In this document: in pieces, positions 17,897 to 28,762 of the stretch
Layout of the letters: each line of letters starts with the position of its first letter
How positions within the stretch are numbered: position 1 is the first letter of the stretch
NCBI GenBank assembly: GCA_017508405.1
Contig: JAFVYY010000089.1
Span: 1 to 40,646, forward strand
Source: Clostridia bacterium
Lineage (GTDB): Bacteria; Bacillota; Clostridia; Oscillospirales; CAG-272
Length of the DNA stretch: 40,646 nucleotides
Direction of reading: 5' to 3'
Program-made: the position numbers and the translations under genes
Notes under the pieces: generated by a model
The model's input: the letters and a program-made list of their open reading frames with translations, nothing else
Databases searched by the model: none
What the model was told of the DNA's origin: nothing

Positions 17897-19519
17897 TTAT
17901 TTTATAATTTTAAGCTTTTTCAAAGCCGTTATTAACGCTCTACCTTTTGGTACAAGCATTATTTCTTCTTCGCTTACCGTTCTTGATTTTATGACTGTCA
18001 TAGCGTATACCAAAGCAGCTATTAAAATTGCAGCAAAAGTGGCTAATTCAACTGATATCAGCTTCGTTAACATAGTATACGCTATCAATGATGAGCTTAC
18101 ACATATTGCCGCGCAAACAAAGGGCATAAAAAACACATCAAAGGGATTTGGTATGTCCCCCACTTTTTTTATGACAAAATAAATATTCATAACCGACGCC
18201 GTAAGATAACATAATACAGTAGCAATAGGCGCTCCTATCATACCTATCTTATCAAGTAAAATAAGATTTGCAGCAAGCTTTACCGTAGCTCCGCAAAGCA
18301 TTGAGATTATAGGAAGCCTTTGATGTCCTGCAGAATTCAAAAAAGCGTTAGTTATTGCTATAACACCTAAAAATATTACTGAGATAGCCGCAACGGAGAG
18401 CCAGGGTGCCGCTCTTTCCACCGAATCATCCTTAAACATAAGTAAATTTAAAATCGGAGCGGAAAACACAGCCATACCAACAGCGCAAGGAATGGATATA
18501 ATAGCTGTCATTCTCATTCCCAGCTTTCTGATTTTTATTCCCCCATCCTCGTCGTTTTTTGCAACAGATGCGGATATGAGAGGAACCAACGCATTGGCAA
18601 TCGGATAAATAAGAATAGTCGGCAGATTAAACATAGAAATAACAAGGGACGTATAATCGCCGTAATAAATTCTTATGGTTGTCTTATCCATTCCATAGGA
18701 CAAAAGTCTGTTTTGTATCATAAACGTATCCAAAATGGTTGTAAGAGATAAAACAGAGGAGCTTAGGGTTATTGGTACTGCAATCTTAAGCATTTCCTTT
18801 ATTAATCCCATACTGCTTATTTCAAGGCTGCCGTTATCACCGATTCTGTTATATTTATCGAAAATATATTTTCTTAACGTAAGATACAGAGTACCGAGGA
18901 ATACGCCTACGGTTACTCCCATAACCGTATATGCCGCAACTATATGGTCAGCATAGCCCATGTTTTTTGCGTAGAGCGCTCCGCAAATACCTATAACGAC
19001 CTTAAATACCGCCTCAATTATTTGAGATACCGCCGTCGGCCCCATAAGCTGATATCCTTGAAAATATCCTCTTATACAGCTGCTTATACAAATAAAAAAC
19101 AAGGTGGGAGCTACCGCTTTAATACATGATTCTGTTTCGGGAGCACCCATTAATTTTGACAGTTGGGGCGAAAAAATAATCATGAGGCCTGTTAAAACAA
19201 GCCCCATGGTCGCAAATACTTTAAAAGCCGTATTAAATATTCGGTTTGCTCTTCCGCTATTTCCGTTAGCGACACTTTTTGCTATCATAATTGATATAGC
19301 AACAGGAAGTCCCGACGTGGAAATAACGTATAAAAAAGCATAGATTTCGTAAGCTGAGCTATAATATCCCGCTCCAACGCTTCCTACTACTCTGTTTAAG
19401 GCTATTTTGGATATTAATCCCACAGCCTTTACAAGGATACTGGCGACGGTTAAAATCAGTACGCCCGAAAAAAATAAATTTTTTGAACTTCTTTTTTTAC
19501 TGTCGACTGTGTTAAACAA
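17897..19519 (-). CDS. yabM: SpoVB/YabM (MurJ-like MOP) flippase
   Basis: SGLPVAIS, RGYFQGYQLMGPTAVSQIIE, many TM segments; upstream of hup-yabOPQ. Confidence 0.85.
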   Translation of the reverse strand: MFNTVDSKKRSSKNLFFSGVLILTVASILVKAVGLISKIALNRVVGSVGAGYYSSAYEIYAFLYVISTSGLPVAISIMIAKSVANGNSGRANRIFNTAFKVFATMGLVLTGLMIIFSPQLSKLMGAPETESCIKAVAPTLFFICISSCIRGYFQGYQLMGPTAVSQIIEAVFKVVIGICGALYAKNMGYADHIVAAYTVMGVTVGVFLGTLYLTLRKYIFDKYNRIGDNGSLEISSMGLIKEMLKIAVPITLSSSVLSLTTILDTFMIQNRLLSYGMDKTTIRIYYGDYTSLVISMFNLPTILIYPIANALVPLISASVAKNDEDGGIKIRKLGMRMTAIISIPCAVGMAVFSAPILNLLMFKDDSVERAAPWLSVAAISVIFLGVIAITNAFLNSAGHQRLPIISMLCGATVKLAANLILLDKIGMIGAPIATVLCYLTASVMNIYFVIKKVGDIPNPFDVFFMPFVCAAICVSSSLIAYTMLTKLISVELATFAAILIAALVYAMTVIKSRTVSEEEIMLVPKGRALITALKKLKIIK

Positions 19520-19530
19520 ATTGAATCCTC

Positions 19531-20436
19531 TTATTTTTTTCCTAAAAATTCAGTATAAAGGGAATCTGCGGGTACATAATCAAAGCTTATTTCCGGAAGA
19601 GAGAGGAATTTATTCCGCAGCTCCGTTGCTTTACCGTAATATTTGCTTTCCGGTAAAACATCCTTTAATACTTCTATTATATATTTTTTTATAACAAATA
19701 ATTCATAATCAAGAAAGGAATCCATTTGTATTTTGCAGATATTTTTATTGGGATATATATTCTTATCCTCATTTTCCCTTACACTTTCCCAAAGGTAAAG
19801 TGAGAAATCCGCTGTTGCTCCTCGGAATTTTCTATCCCTTACTATTCTTCTTGAAAGACGGATATCATCACGGGAAAAATGCACGCCGTTAACCATAACG
19901 TCATTATCAACGTTTGTAAATATACCTATATGATCGTAATTTGAAAACAAACCGTAAATCTCAGGATATACAGCCTGTATTCCCTCAAATATCACTACGG
20001 TATTTTCGTTCATTTTGAAGGTCTCATATCCAACGCGCTTTTGTGTTAGGAAATCATATCTCGGTACCGAAAACTCCCGCTTTGTTTCAAGATCGTATAC
20101 GCATTTTTCAAGACATTCAAAGTCAAGAGCATCGACGGAGTCATAGTCTATTTTTTCATTTTCCTTTACAACTCTTATACCTTCTCTATCATTAAAGAAA
20201 TCGTCAATAGAAACGACCTTTACATCCTTACCGTTTTCTGTATAATCATCAATTATTTTATTTGCAAGGGTAGTTTTTCCCGAACAGGTGGGGCCTGATA
20301 ATAATATGATATCTGCTCCGCTTTCTTGAACTCTTGCGGAGATATCAATGAGATATTTATGAAATTTTTCTTCACATTCAAGTACATATTTTTTCTTATC
20401 ATACTCGCACTCAAAGGAAACGTTTATAATTTTCAT
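19531..20436 (-). CDS. Uridine/nucleoside kinase family protein
   Basis: SGPTCSGKTT, SIDDFF, FEGIQA, RLSRRIVRDRKFRG. Confidence 0.85.
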   Translation of the reverse strand: MKIINVSFECEYDKKKYVLECEEKFHKYLIDISARVQESGADIILLSGPTCSGKTTLANKIIDDYTENGKDVKVVSIDDFFNDREGIRVVKENEKIDYDSVDALDFECLEKCVYDLETKREFSVPRYDFLTQKRVGYETFKMNENTVVIFEGIQAVYPEIYGLFSNYDHIGIFTNVDNDVMVNGVHFSRDDIRLSRRIVRDRKFRGATADFSLYLWESVRENEDKNIYPNKNICKIQMDSFLDYELFVIKKYIIEVLKDVLPESKYYGKATELRNKFLSLPEISFDYVPADSLYTEFLGKK

Positions 20437-21902
20437 AATAAACTCCTATCAAAAAAATTCTTCGCCTTATCGTAAAAATCTCTGTTTTCTTTTAAATATT
20501 CATATGGATATTTTGGTGAAAATATTCTTTCTATACAGCTATTCCCATTTACGTGTTTTACAAGTTTTGTCGTAGCCCCTGCTCCTATACCGAATACAGT
20601 ATGAGCATCAGACATCATATATACGTTATAAAGTCCTAAAAAAGCTTTTTTTGCGTATCCCACATTTTCGGAATTACCAACTGTGTTCTTCTGCCTGTAC
20701 ATGTAATACGGAGTATATCCGTTATATAAAAGCGCACAAATCGAATAATCTATACTCTTTCTTGCAAAATCGGTATTTTTTCCATAAATATCCTTATCAT
20801 CTGAGCGAATCTGTGCCGCATTTTTTACACAGAAGCTATGTACAGTAATATTAGCGGGAGACAATTCTATAATTTTATCGACCGTAGCTTTAAAGCTATC
20901 ATAGTTATCATAGTCGAGTCCTGCTATGAGATCTGTATTTACTATTGGTATTCCGCTTTCGCTTACCTTTTTATACGCATCAAGAAATTCTGCAACCGTA
21001 TGGCGGCGTCCTATTCTTTCAAGAACATCATCATTCAAGGTCTGTGGATTTACGCTTATTCTCGTTATTCCGTATTTTTTAGCTGTTTCGAGCTTTTTCT
21101 CCGTTATGGTATCGGGTCTTCCGCCCTCTAAGGTATATTCATCAAGTGCGTTTACGTCTGTACTGCTATAAATTGTGGAAAGAAGTCTGTCAAGCTGCTC
21201 TTCACTGAGTATTGTAGGAGTTCCTCCGCCGATATATATACAAGAAACCGTAAGTCCGAGCTTTTTTATATTATCAAACGTATTTTTTATATCAACGCAT
21301 AGCTTTTCGAGATAATCCGGAATCAAGGAGAAAAGCTTTTTACCTGCATATGAAATAAAGGAGCAATAATTACATCTTGACGGACAAAACGGAATAGAAA
21401 TATACACGCTGCATTTTGAATCATCCGTGCTTCTTAATATTTCAGTTTCGTTTTTTGCAACCTCAATACACAGCCTTGCCTTTTCGATACTCATAAGATA
21501 TCTTTTAGTAAGTATATTCATAGTATCCGTTACATCATTATGAGATAGAATCTCGGCAACCACCTTAGAAGGTCTAATTCCCGTAAGAATGCCGTATCCG
21601 GAGTCCCTGCCAGTCATTTCAGCCCCCGCTGAATATATGGCTTGTCCTATGGCAATTTTATATGTCCTGTCAACACTTTCATTCTCCATAAAATTACATG
21701 ATGCAGATTTTTCAACAAATCTTTCATCTTGGCGTAAAAGTGCTGTACAGTGTACAGCACTTTTACTTTCATTTACGGTAACGGTCAATTCAAGATTGTC
21801 GCAGCTTTCCCCATTTTCGGGAAATTTCACTCCGTGATAAAACATCATACAAAGCGACTGTACGTATATTTTATTGATATTTCCGTTTAAATTAAGCTTC
21901 AT
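20433..21902 (-). CDS. hemZ: HemZ-type (HemN-like) radical SAM protein
   Basis: YGILTGIRPSK, YISIPFCPSRCNYCSF, GGGTPT, PYYMYRQKN; dtd-hemZ synteny. Confidence 0.9.
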   Translation of the reverse strand: MKLNLNGNINKIYVQSLCMMFYHGVKFPENGESCDNLELTVTVNESKSAVHCTALLRQDERFVEKSASCNFMENESVDRTYKIAIGQAIYSAGAEMTGRDSGYGILTGIRPSKVVAEILSHNDVTDTMNILTKRYLMSIEKARLCIEVAKNETEILRSTDDSKCSVYISIPFCPSRCNYCSFISYAGKKLFSLIPDYLEKLCVDIKNTFDNIKKLGLTVSCIYIGGGTPTILSEEQLDRLLSTIYSSTDVNALDEYTLEGGRPDTITEKKLETAKKYGITRISVNPQTLNDDVLERIGRRHTVAEFLDAYKKVSESGIPIVNTDLIAGLDYDNYDSFKATVDKIIELSPANITVHSFCVKNAAQIRSDDKDIYGKNTDFARKSIDYSICALLYNGYTPYYMYRQKNTVGNSENVGYAKKAFLGLYNVYMMSDAHTVFGIGAGATTKLVKHVNGNSCIERIFSPKYPYEYLKENRDFYDKAKNFFDRSLL

Positions 21903-22345
21903 TTTAAAATTTCACTATCCATTACTATGGTAACAGGTCCGTCATTTAGCAGATCAACCTTCATATCCGCACCGAAAATTCCCTTTTCAGTAGGAACAAG
22001 TGTTGATATATAATTACAAAAATATTCGTAAAGACGGTTTGCCTCGTCAGGCTTTGCTCCGCTCATATAATCGGGTCTGTTGCCTTTTTTATAATTTGCC
22101 ATAAGCGTAAAATTAGAAATAACGAGCACGCTGCCGTAAACATCCTTTACGCTTAAATTCATTTTTCCGTTTTCGTCGGAAAATATTCTTAATTTACTTA
22201 TTTTATCGGCAAGAAGTGTTGCATCCCTTTCCGTATCCCCATCCTTTACACCGAGCAAAATAAGTAATCCTTTATCTATTTTTCCGCAAACAAGCTCATC
22301 AACCGTAACGCTTGCACGGCTTACCCTTTGAAGTACTGCTATCAT
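21899..22345 (-). CDS. dtd: D-aminoacyl-tRNA deacylase
   Basis: AVLQRV, LRIFSDENGKMN, SNFTL, NDGPVT. Confidence 0.95.
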   Translation of the reverse strand: MIAVLQRVSRASVTVDELVCGKIDKGLLILLGVKDGDTERDATLLADKISKLRIFSDENGKMNLSVKDVYGSVLVISNFTLMANYKKGNRPDYMSGAKPDEANRLYEYFCNYISTLVPTEKGIFGADMKVDLLNDGPVTIVMDSEILK

Positions 22346-24558
22346 GTCGATGCTCCTATCACTCTTGTAACTCTTATAACGTCCTTGATATTTCTTAATC
22401 TTGATATTATAGAGTTAAAATGCTCTATGTTTTTACAAGAAATCGTCATATTGATAATAGATGCACCATCAACGTTTTTAGTATTGATAGATACGATATC
22501 TACCTTCATTTCTGCAAGAGCAACAGAAATATCCGCAAGAATGGAAATTCTGTTAGTTACAAATATCTGTATTGCAGACTCATATGTGGATACGGTATTT
22601 CCTGAGGGAATATCCCATTCTGCCTTTACGAATCTGTCTGCGTTATCTTCATTTGCGAATGCGGAGCTTATATTCGGGCAATCCGCCTTGTGAATCGAAA
22701 TTCCGTATCCCTTTGTAATGAAACCGATTATAACCTCACCGGGCAAAGGATTACAGCATTTTGCAAATTTAACTGCGCATCCTTCTTCTCCGTCAACGAT
22801 AACTCCACTGTTGGATTTACGTTTTTTGAATGCCGATTGAGGTGTAGGCTCTATTACGCTAATTTCCTTTGGAGCTTCCTTTTTATAATTCTTTTCGTAT
22901 TCGTCAGTAAGCTTCGATTCGACCTTTGTATAAGAAATTCCACCGTAGCCGAGAGCGTTGTACAGATCGTTTGCATCAACCATACCGATACGTTTAGCAA
23001 CGGTTAAAACGATTTCCTCCCTCTCGGAGTCCGTGCACGCCATACGCTTACGATTGAACATTTTTTCAATCTCATTTTTACCAACAGCAATATTCTCCTG
23101 ACGCTTTTCTTTCTTGAACCACTGTCTTATCTTATTTCTTGCTTCACTTGTTTTTACAATATTGAGCCAGTCTCTGCTCGGGCCCTTAGAGGAGTTAGAG
23201 GTAATGACCTCTACAATATCTCCGTTCTTGGGTTGGGAATCAATAGGAGCTATTCTGCCGTTTATCTTAGCGCCTATCATCTTATTTCCTACGCCCGTAT
23301 GAATCGAGTACGCAAAGTCAATAAGCGTCGCTCCGAGAGGTAATGCAATTACGTCGCCCTTAGGAGTAAATACAAACGTCTCGTCGTGGAAGATATCTAT
23401 TTTGAATGCATGTAAAAATTCATCAGGATCTCTTGTATCCGTTTCCGTATCGATAAGCTTTGATATCCAATCGAGCTTTTTATCAATATCAACAGAAGAT
23501 TTTTCTCCGCTTTTATACTTCCAGTGGGCGGCAATACCGTACTCAGCCACATGGTCCATATCTCTTGTTCTTATCTGGACCTCAAAGGGAATACCGTCCT
23601 TACCGATTACAGTTGTGTGAAGTGACTGATACATATTGGGCTTTGGAGTGGATATATAATCCTTAAATCTACCCGGAACTGACTTATACATTTCGTGAAT
23701 AAGACCAAGAACCGTATAGCACTCAAGCTCAGTATCAACGATTATACGGAGTGCATAAAAGTCATATATCTCATCAAAGCTCTTGTTCTGATTATACATT
23801 TTACGGTAAACGCTGTATACGGTTTTTACTCTGCCCTTGAGCTTATGCTTTATATCGATAGCTTCAAGTCTGCTGGAAACGTGATTTGTTATATTTTCGA
23901 TAAAATTAACGTTCTTTCCGAATTTATCATCAATATTCGCCTTAATCTCCTGATATCCAATGGGGTCAAGGTACATAAGGGCGTAATTTTCAAGCTCCTG
24001 CTTTATTCTCTGCATACCTAAGCGGTGAGCAAGGGGCGCATAAACATGCATAGTCTCAAGAGCGGTAGCTCTTCTCTTTGCATCCTTCTTTACGTAAAGA
24101 GTACGCATATTATGCATTCTGTCACAGAGCTTGATAAATATAACTCTTATATCTCTGGACATTGCAAGAAGCATTTTACGGATATTTTCAATATGTGTTT
24201 CCTCTTTGTCCTCTACATTAATGGATTTGATCTTTGTAACACCGTCTACAAATAGCGCTACGTCATCTCCAAAAAGCTTTCTTACCTCATCAAGGTTTGT
24301 TTTATCAGGACAGTCCTCCACCGTATCATGAAGAAGAGCTGCACAAACAGAATCCGTATCCAAACCGAGAGAAACAACACTCTCGGCAACTGCTATAGGA
24401 TGGCTTATATAAGGCTCTCCGCTTTGACGGAGCTGTCCCTTATGCATTTCATCAGCGTAAAGAAAGGCCTTTTTTATTTTTTCAAGGTCGTACTTTTTAT
24501 TACTGTTTTCAAGCAGTTCAATAAGCTGCTCAATAGGTCTTAATTCCTCCGCTAGCAT
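22342..24558 (-). CDS. relA: Bifunctional (p)ppGpp synthetase/hydrolase Rel
   Basis: PYISHP, LLHDTVED (intact HD), RFKDY, YQSLHT, TGS (FTPKG), KCCNP, C-terminal ACT. Confidence 0.97.
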   Translation of the reverse strand: MLAEELRPIEQLIELLENSNKKYDLEKIKKAFLYADEMHKGQLRQSGEPYISHPIAVAESVVSLGLDTDSVCAALLHDTVEDCPDKTNLDEVRKLFGDDVALFVDGVTKIKSINVEDKEETHIENIRKMLLAMSRDIRVIFIKLCDRMHNMRTLYVKKDAKRRATALETMHVYAPLAHRLGMQRIKQELENYALMYLDPIGYQEIKANIDDKFGKNVNFIENITNHVSSRLEAIDIKHKLKGRVKTVYSVYRKMYNQNKSFDEIYDFYALRIIVDTELECYTVLGLIHEMYKSVPGRFKDYISTPKPNMYQSLHTTVIGKDGIPFEVQIRTRDMDHVAEYGIAAHWKYKSGEKSSVDIDKKLDWISKLIDTETDTRDPDEFLHAFKIDIFHDETFVFTPKGDVIALPLGATLIDFAYSIHTGVGNKMIGAKINGRIAPIDSQPKNGDIVEVITSNSSKGPSRDWLNIVKTSEARNKIRQWFKKEKRQENIAVGKNEIEKMFNRKRMACTDSEREEIVLTVAKRIGMVDANDLYNALGYGGISYTKVESKLTDEYEKNYKKEAPKEISVIEPTPQSAFKKRKSNSGVIVDGEEGCAVKFAKCCNPLPGEVIIGFITKGYGISIHKADCPNISSAFANEDNADRFVKAEWDIPSGNTVSTYESAIQIFVTNRISILADISVALAEMKVDIVSINTKNVDGASIINMTISCKNIEHFNSIISRLRNIKDVIRVTRVIGAST

Positions 24559-24568
24559 GGGGTCTCCT

Positions 24569-26737
24569 TTATTTTACTGAGTATAATGTTTTAAGCCTTT
24601 TCAAAATATTGGATTTATCAAGGCTGGTTTTGGTTTTTGTATAGGTTATGCGATATTTAAAGCTATATTCGTCTATTTCTTCAATAAATGCAATATTAAG
24701 CTCAAGAAATACGTTTATGACAAGCTTAACCTTAGCGTATGACATAGACTCAGCGCCTCTTTTACAGTTCAACGCCTTAAGAAGTCTTAGATATGTATAC
24801 TCACTTATTCCCTCTCTTGCGGATTTAAGGAGGAAATTATATACCTTGGCAAAATCCTCACGGTCAGGTATCATTTCCTTCGGATCTCCTGCAAAGCTAC
24901 CCGATTTAACCTCTTCAAACTCCCTTTCCCCATTTTCCTGTATCAAAAGAGAGCTTTCGGAAAGCCTTATATCCTTAACGTTAAGCTGTACTGTGCGCAT
25001 ATTCATAAATTCGTTGATTTCAAGATTAAAGGCAATATCAATTTCATCGCCTATCTCATATCCAAACTCTTCAGACGAAACGCAGAACTGCATAGCGGTA
25101 AATCTGATTCCGTTTTTGGAAAGAATCAACTTTAAGTGTCTGTTCATACCAACGGGAACTATATCCTCGATAACCATATTCTTCATTGCGAATACGGGAA
25201 CAAGGTTTGATACTCCGTATGGCTCGAGAAGGGTGATTTCGGTAGCAAGCTCCTTTGATACGTCCCTTTCACCGAGTATGCAATCAATATCAAGAGCTCC
25301 TACAGGTTCTTCCCCGTTAAATGACGCTCTTGCATATTCCGTCATTCTTCTTTGAAGCTCCTTTAAATTCTTTCTCTTTACGCTGAGTCCGGCAGCAAGC
25401 TCATGTCCACCGAATTTTTCAAGAATATCTGAGCATGAGGATAATGCATTTACAAGATTCATTCCTCTGATGCTTCGTCCGGAGCCCTTACCGATAGCCT
25501 CATCATCATAAGGATTTTCATTACCCTCAAACGAAATAAGAATTGACGGTAACGAATATTTTTCCGTAACTCTTGATGAAACGATTCCTATAACACCGTG
25601 ATTCCATTCCGTATTATCAAGAACGATCACTCCACCGTGATCATATCCGTTCTTCTCTATGCTCTCAAAGGCTTCATCCGCTATTCTGTTCTCCTCAAGC
25701 TGTCTGTCCTTGTTAATATCGCAGAGCTGGATAGCATATTTTTCCGCATCGGCGTGATTCTTTGAAAGAAATAACTCTACAGCTAAGGATGCATCGCAAA
25801 TTCTACCTGCAGCATTAATTCTCGGTGCGATAGTAAATCCGACAAACCCTGATGATATCTTCTTTTTGGTTTTGGACTTTTGGGGCTTAGTATCATTTGT
25901 GCGACACAAATTTATAAGTGTTGACAAACCGATTTTATCCGTATCCTCAACCATTGAAAGACCGTAGGATATAATAAGTCTGTTTTCATCTGTAACGGGC
26001 ATTACGTCGGCAATTGTACCGATAGCGGTAAGGTCTGCGTATTTTTTTGCAATTCTTCTTACGCAGGAGGTAAGATCTTCCCCTGTTCTTAACGTTTCAA
26101 GGGCGCAAAGAAGCTTAAAAACTACTCCTACGCCTGCAAGACTCTGAAACGGATATGTTGAATCCTTTCTTTTCGGGTTTATAACCGCAATTGCGGACGG
26201 AAGCTCCGATGGACACTCGTGATGATCCGTAATAACCGTATCAATTCCATATTCTTTGGCTAATTCTATTTCCTTATGCGCGGTAACACCAGTATCTACG
26301 GTAACAATAAGACGCGTACCGTTTTCAGCAAGCTTTTTTACAGCCTGCTCTGATACTCCGTAGCCCTCTCCCTTTCGGTTGGGAATATAGTAATCAATAT
26401 CTGCAGAAATACTCTCAAGATATAAGTATAATATGCTGACAGACGTAACACCGTCAACGTCATAATCTCCGTACACGGAAATTCTTTCTTTTTTCTCAAC
26501 TGCCTCAAGTATTCGCATCGCACCCTTTTCCATATCGTTCATAAGAAAAGGATCGTGCAATATCTCCGTGCTTTTACCGAGGAAGGCAGTAACATCTCTT
26601 ACCGTTTTATATCCTCTGTTCAAAAGAAGGGTGGCAAGAATTTTGCTTATTCCCATGCTGTCTGAAATTTGTGTAGCTTCTTTTGAGGCTGCATTTTCAG
26701 ACCTTATATTCCAAATTTTTTTGTTTTTGTAATTCAT
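24569..26737 (-). CDS. recJ: Single-stranded DNA exonuclease RecJ
   Basis: GDYDVDG, TVDTG, TDHH, GTIADV, PRINAAGR, GSGRS, GGHELAAG. Confidence 0.96.
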   Translation of the reverse strand: MNYKNKKIWNIRSENAASKEATQISDSMGISKILATLLLNRGYKTVRDVTAFLGKSTEILHDPFLMNDMEKGAMRILEAVEKKERISVYGDYDVDGVTSVSILYLYLESISADIDYYIPNRKGEGYGVSEQAVKKLAENGTRLIVTVDTGVTAHKEIELAKEYGIDTVITDHHECPSELPSAIAVINPKRKDSTYPFQSLAGVGVVFKLLCALETLRTGEDLTSCVRRIAKKYADLTAIGTIADVMPVTDENRLIISYGLSMVEDTDKIGLSTLINLCRTNDTKPQKSKTKKKISSGFVGFTIAPRINAAGRICDASLAVELFLSKNHADAEKYAIQLCDINKDRQLEENRIADEAFESIEKNGYDHGGVIVLDNTEWNHGVIGIVSSRVTEKYSLPSILISFEGNENPYDDEAIGKGSGRSIRGMNLVNALSSCSDILEKFGGHELAAGLSVKRKNLKELQRRMTEYARASFNGEEPVGALDIDCILGERDVSKELATEITLLEPYGVSNLVPVFAMKNMVIEDIVPVGMNRHLKLILSKNGIRFTAMQFCVSSEEFGYEIGDEIDIAFNLEINEFMNMRTVQLNVKDIRLSESSLLIQENGEREFEEVKSGSFAGDPKEMIPDREDFAKVYNFLLKSAREGISEYTYLRLLKALNCKRGAESMSYAKVKLVINVFLELNIAFIEEIDEYSFKYRITYTKTKTSLDKSNILKRLKTLYSVK

Positions 26738-26741
26738 AACC

Positions 26742-28316
26742 TCATTTATTTAAAATTGCTAAAGCAACGTTTATACCGTCAACTGCAGCGCTCATAATGC
26801 CTCCTGCATATCCTGCACCTTCACCGCAAGGATATACGGTAGGATTCATAAACGCATTGTAAAGCCGCTGATCTCTCATTATTCTCAAGGGTGCAGACGT
26901 ACGTGTTTCCACTCCCGTAATCGGCACATAGCTTGAATTAAAGCCTTTGATTTTTTTGCCAAACTCATTAAATCCGATTTTTAGATAGTCACATACGAAT
27001 TTAGGCAAAACGGTGTTAATATCACACACCTTGACCTTACCGTCCATATACGACGGTTTGATTCTTGTAGGCTCGGTCACAGCCTTACATTCATAAAAAT
27101 CTCCCAATGTCTGCACAGGTGCAGAATAATCTGAACCGGCAGCCAAAAACGCATTTCTTTCAAGCATGCGTTGAAATTCAATAGCAAGCGCAGGGTCGTT
27201 GCCATAATCATCCTTATCGACCTGCACGCAGATAGCCGAGTTTGAGTTTCTGCCGTTTCTCGCATAAACGCTCATACCGTTAACTACTACTCCGCCCTCC
27301 TCGCTGGTGGCGGCCACAACCTCTCCTCCGGGACACATACAGAAGGAATAAACACCCTTTCCGTCCTTACGGTATGATACGTTATAATCTGCGGCTCCCA
27401 AGCGCTTGTCCTCTGCATATCTTCCGTACATCGCCTCATTTATATCTGTCTGCAAGTGCTCAACTCTAACACCTACAGAGAACGCCTTCGGCTCAACTGC
27501 AAATCCCTTGCCCATAAGATACTTGTAAGTATCTCTTGCGCTATGCCCTATTGCAAGAATGATATCAGAGTACAAAATATCACCTTTTGCAGTATGGGCA
27601 ATTCCATTATCAAACGAATCAAGCCTTGCGTTATAGATAACTCTTCCGCCAAGAGCAATGATTTCACTTTCTATGCTTTTCACCACGTTTCGAAGCTTAT
27701 CCGTACCGATATGAGGCTTTGCCTTGTACATGATATCCTCGGGCGCACCATGCTCACAAAGAGTCTTCAATACAAAGGAGCATTTACTGTCGTTTATCCT
27801 TGTAGTAAGCTTACCGTCAGAAAAGGTACCCGCCCCACCTGCACCGAACTGAATATTCGAATCGGTATTTAGACGTCCGTTAGCATAAAATCCTTCAACA
27901 TCCTTAACTCTCGTATCTATATCGGATCCTCTTTCAATTACCGTAGGCTTATAACCTGCGCGCGCAAGAATAAGAGCGCAAAACATTCCGGCAGGGCCGA
28001 AGCCCACAACAAGGGGTGGTACAGAAGGAGCCTTGCCGCATTTAATTTCAAAGCTGTCCTCGGTAAAAATCTTTATTCCCTTAGTCAAAAGATAATCACT
28101 ATCAATACTTGCTTTTTTTGATTCTGCCTCAGCACAAACCGTACATACGATTTTTATATCGTCTTTTTTGCGGGCATCGACAGACCTTTTGAAAATATGC
28201 ATATCTCCGACAATTGAAAAGGTGCGTGTATTACTTATACGCACCTTTGCTATTTCGAAAATATCTTCATCAGTCGCATCAAGATTAACCTTGATTTGTT
28301 CAATGAGCAATATCAT
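26742..28316 (-). CDS. Uncharacterised FAD-dependent dehydrogenase (COG2509-like)
   Basis: VGFGPAG, GGAGTFSDGKL, KPHIGTD, FCMCPGG, GEGAGYAGGIMSAAVDG. Confidence 0.88.
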   Translation of the reverse strand: MILLIEQIKVNLDATDEDIFEIAKVRISNTRTFSIVGDMHIFKRSVDARKKDDIKIVCTVCAEAESKKASIDSDYLLTKGIKIFTEDSFEIKCGKAPSVPPLVVGFGPAGMFCALILARAGYKPTVIERGSDIDTRVKDVEGFYANGRLNTDSNIQFGAGGAGTFSDGKLTTRINDSKCSFVLKTLCEHGAPEDIMYKAKPHIGTDKLRNVVKSIESEIIALGGRVIYNARLDSFDNGIAHTAKGDILYSDIILAIGHSARDTYKYLMGKGFAVEPKAFSVGVRVEHLQTDINEAMYGRYAEDKRLGAADYNVSYRKDGKGVYSFCMCPGGEVVAATSEEGGVVVNGMSVYARNGRNSNSAICVQVDKDDYGNDPALAIEFQRMLERNAFLAAGSDYSAPVQTLGDFYECKAVTEPTRIKPSYMDGKVKVCDINTVLPKFVCDYLKIGFNEFGKKIKGFNSSYVPITGVETRTSAPLRIMRDQRLYNAFMNPTVYPCGEGAGYAGGIMSAAVDGINVALAILNK

Positions 28317-28753
28317 TTTGCACTCACCTTAACTGTAACCGTATCGACAGACGGAATAACTTCAACGTCTGCAGCCTCAACTTCAACAAAGCATTTTATA
28401 CCAACTTTGTATTTTCCGGTTCCGATGATTTCCTTTTTCAAAATCACAATTTTAATATCGGATTTGCTGATTTCGGTGATGTTAAGGTTAGTTCCTTTTA
28501 TCACGACGTCAACCTCATCCAAAACCTCTACGTTGTAATCAGCGTTCTCGCATATAATATCAACGTCTCTGTACTCCCTTTCATGCTCCGTAGGATCGGT
28601 ATACATAACGTATGCCCAAATGCCCACAGCTACAAAAATACAAATTACAAGGGCAATGATATTACCTCTTCTGCTCTTTTTAGGAGTATCCTGCTCTATG
28701 GCGTTAAGAACACCGGCAGTATCTATTTCAGTAGTTCTTGAAAACTTATCCAT
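28313..28753 (-). CDS. cdaR: Short CdaR/YbbR-like membrane-anchored regulator
   Basis: Single TM (AVGIWAYV) then beta-rich domain (VDVVIKG); directly downstream of cdaA. Confidence 0.7.
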   Translation of the reverse strand: MDKFSRTTEIDTAGVLNAIEQDTPKKSRRGNIIALVICIFVAVGIWAYVMYTDPTEHEREYRDVDIICENADYNVEVLDEVDVVIKGTNLNITEISKSDIKIVILKKEIIGTGKYKVGIKCFVEVEAADVEVIPSVDTVTVKVSAK

Positions 28754-28762
28754 TACGTCTCC

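Noticed and set aside
24648-25355. 235-aa antisense ORF inside recJ
   Set aside because: Ser/Ile/Leu-rich shadow translation with no family signal
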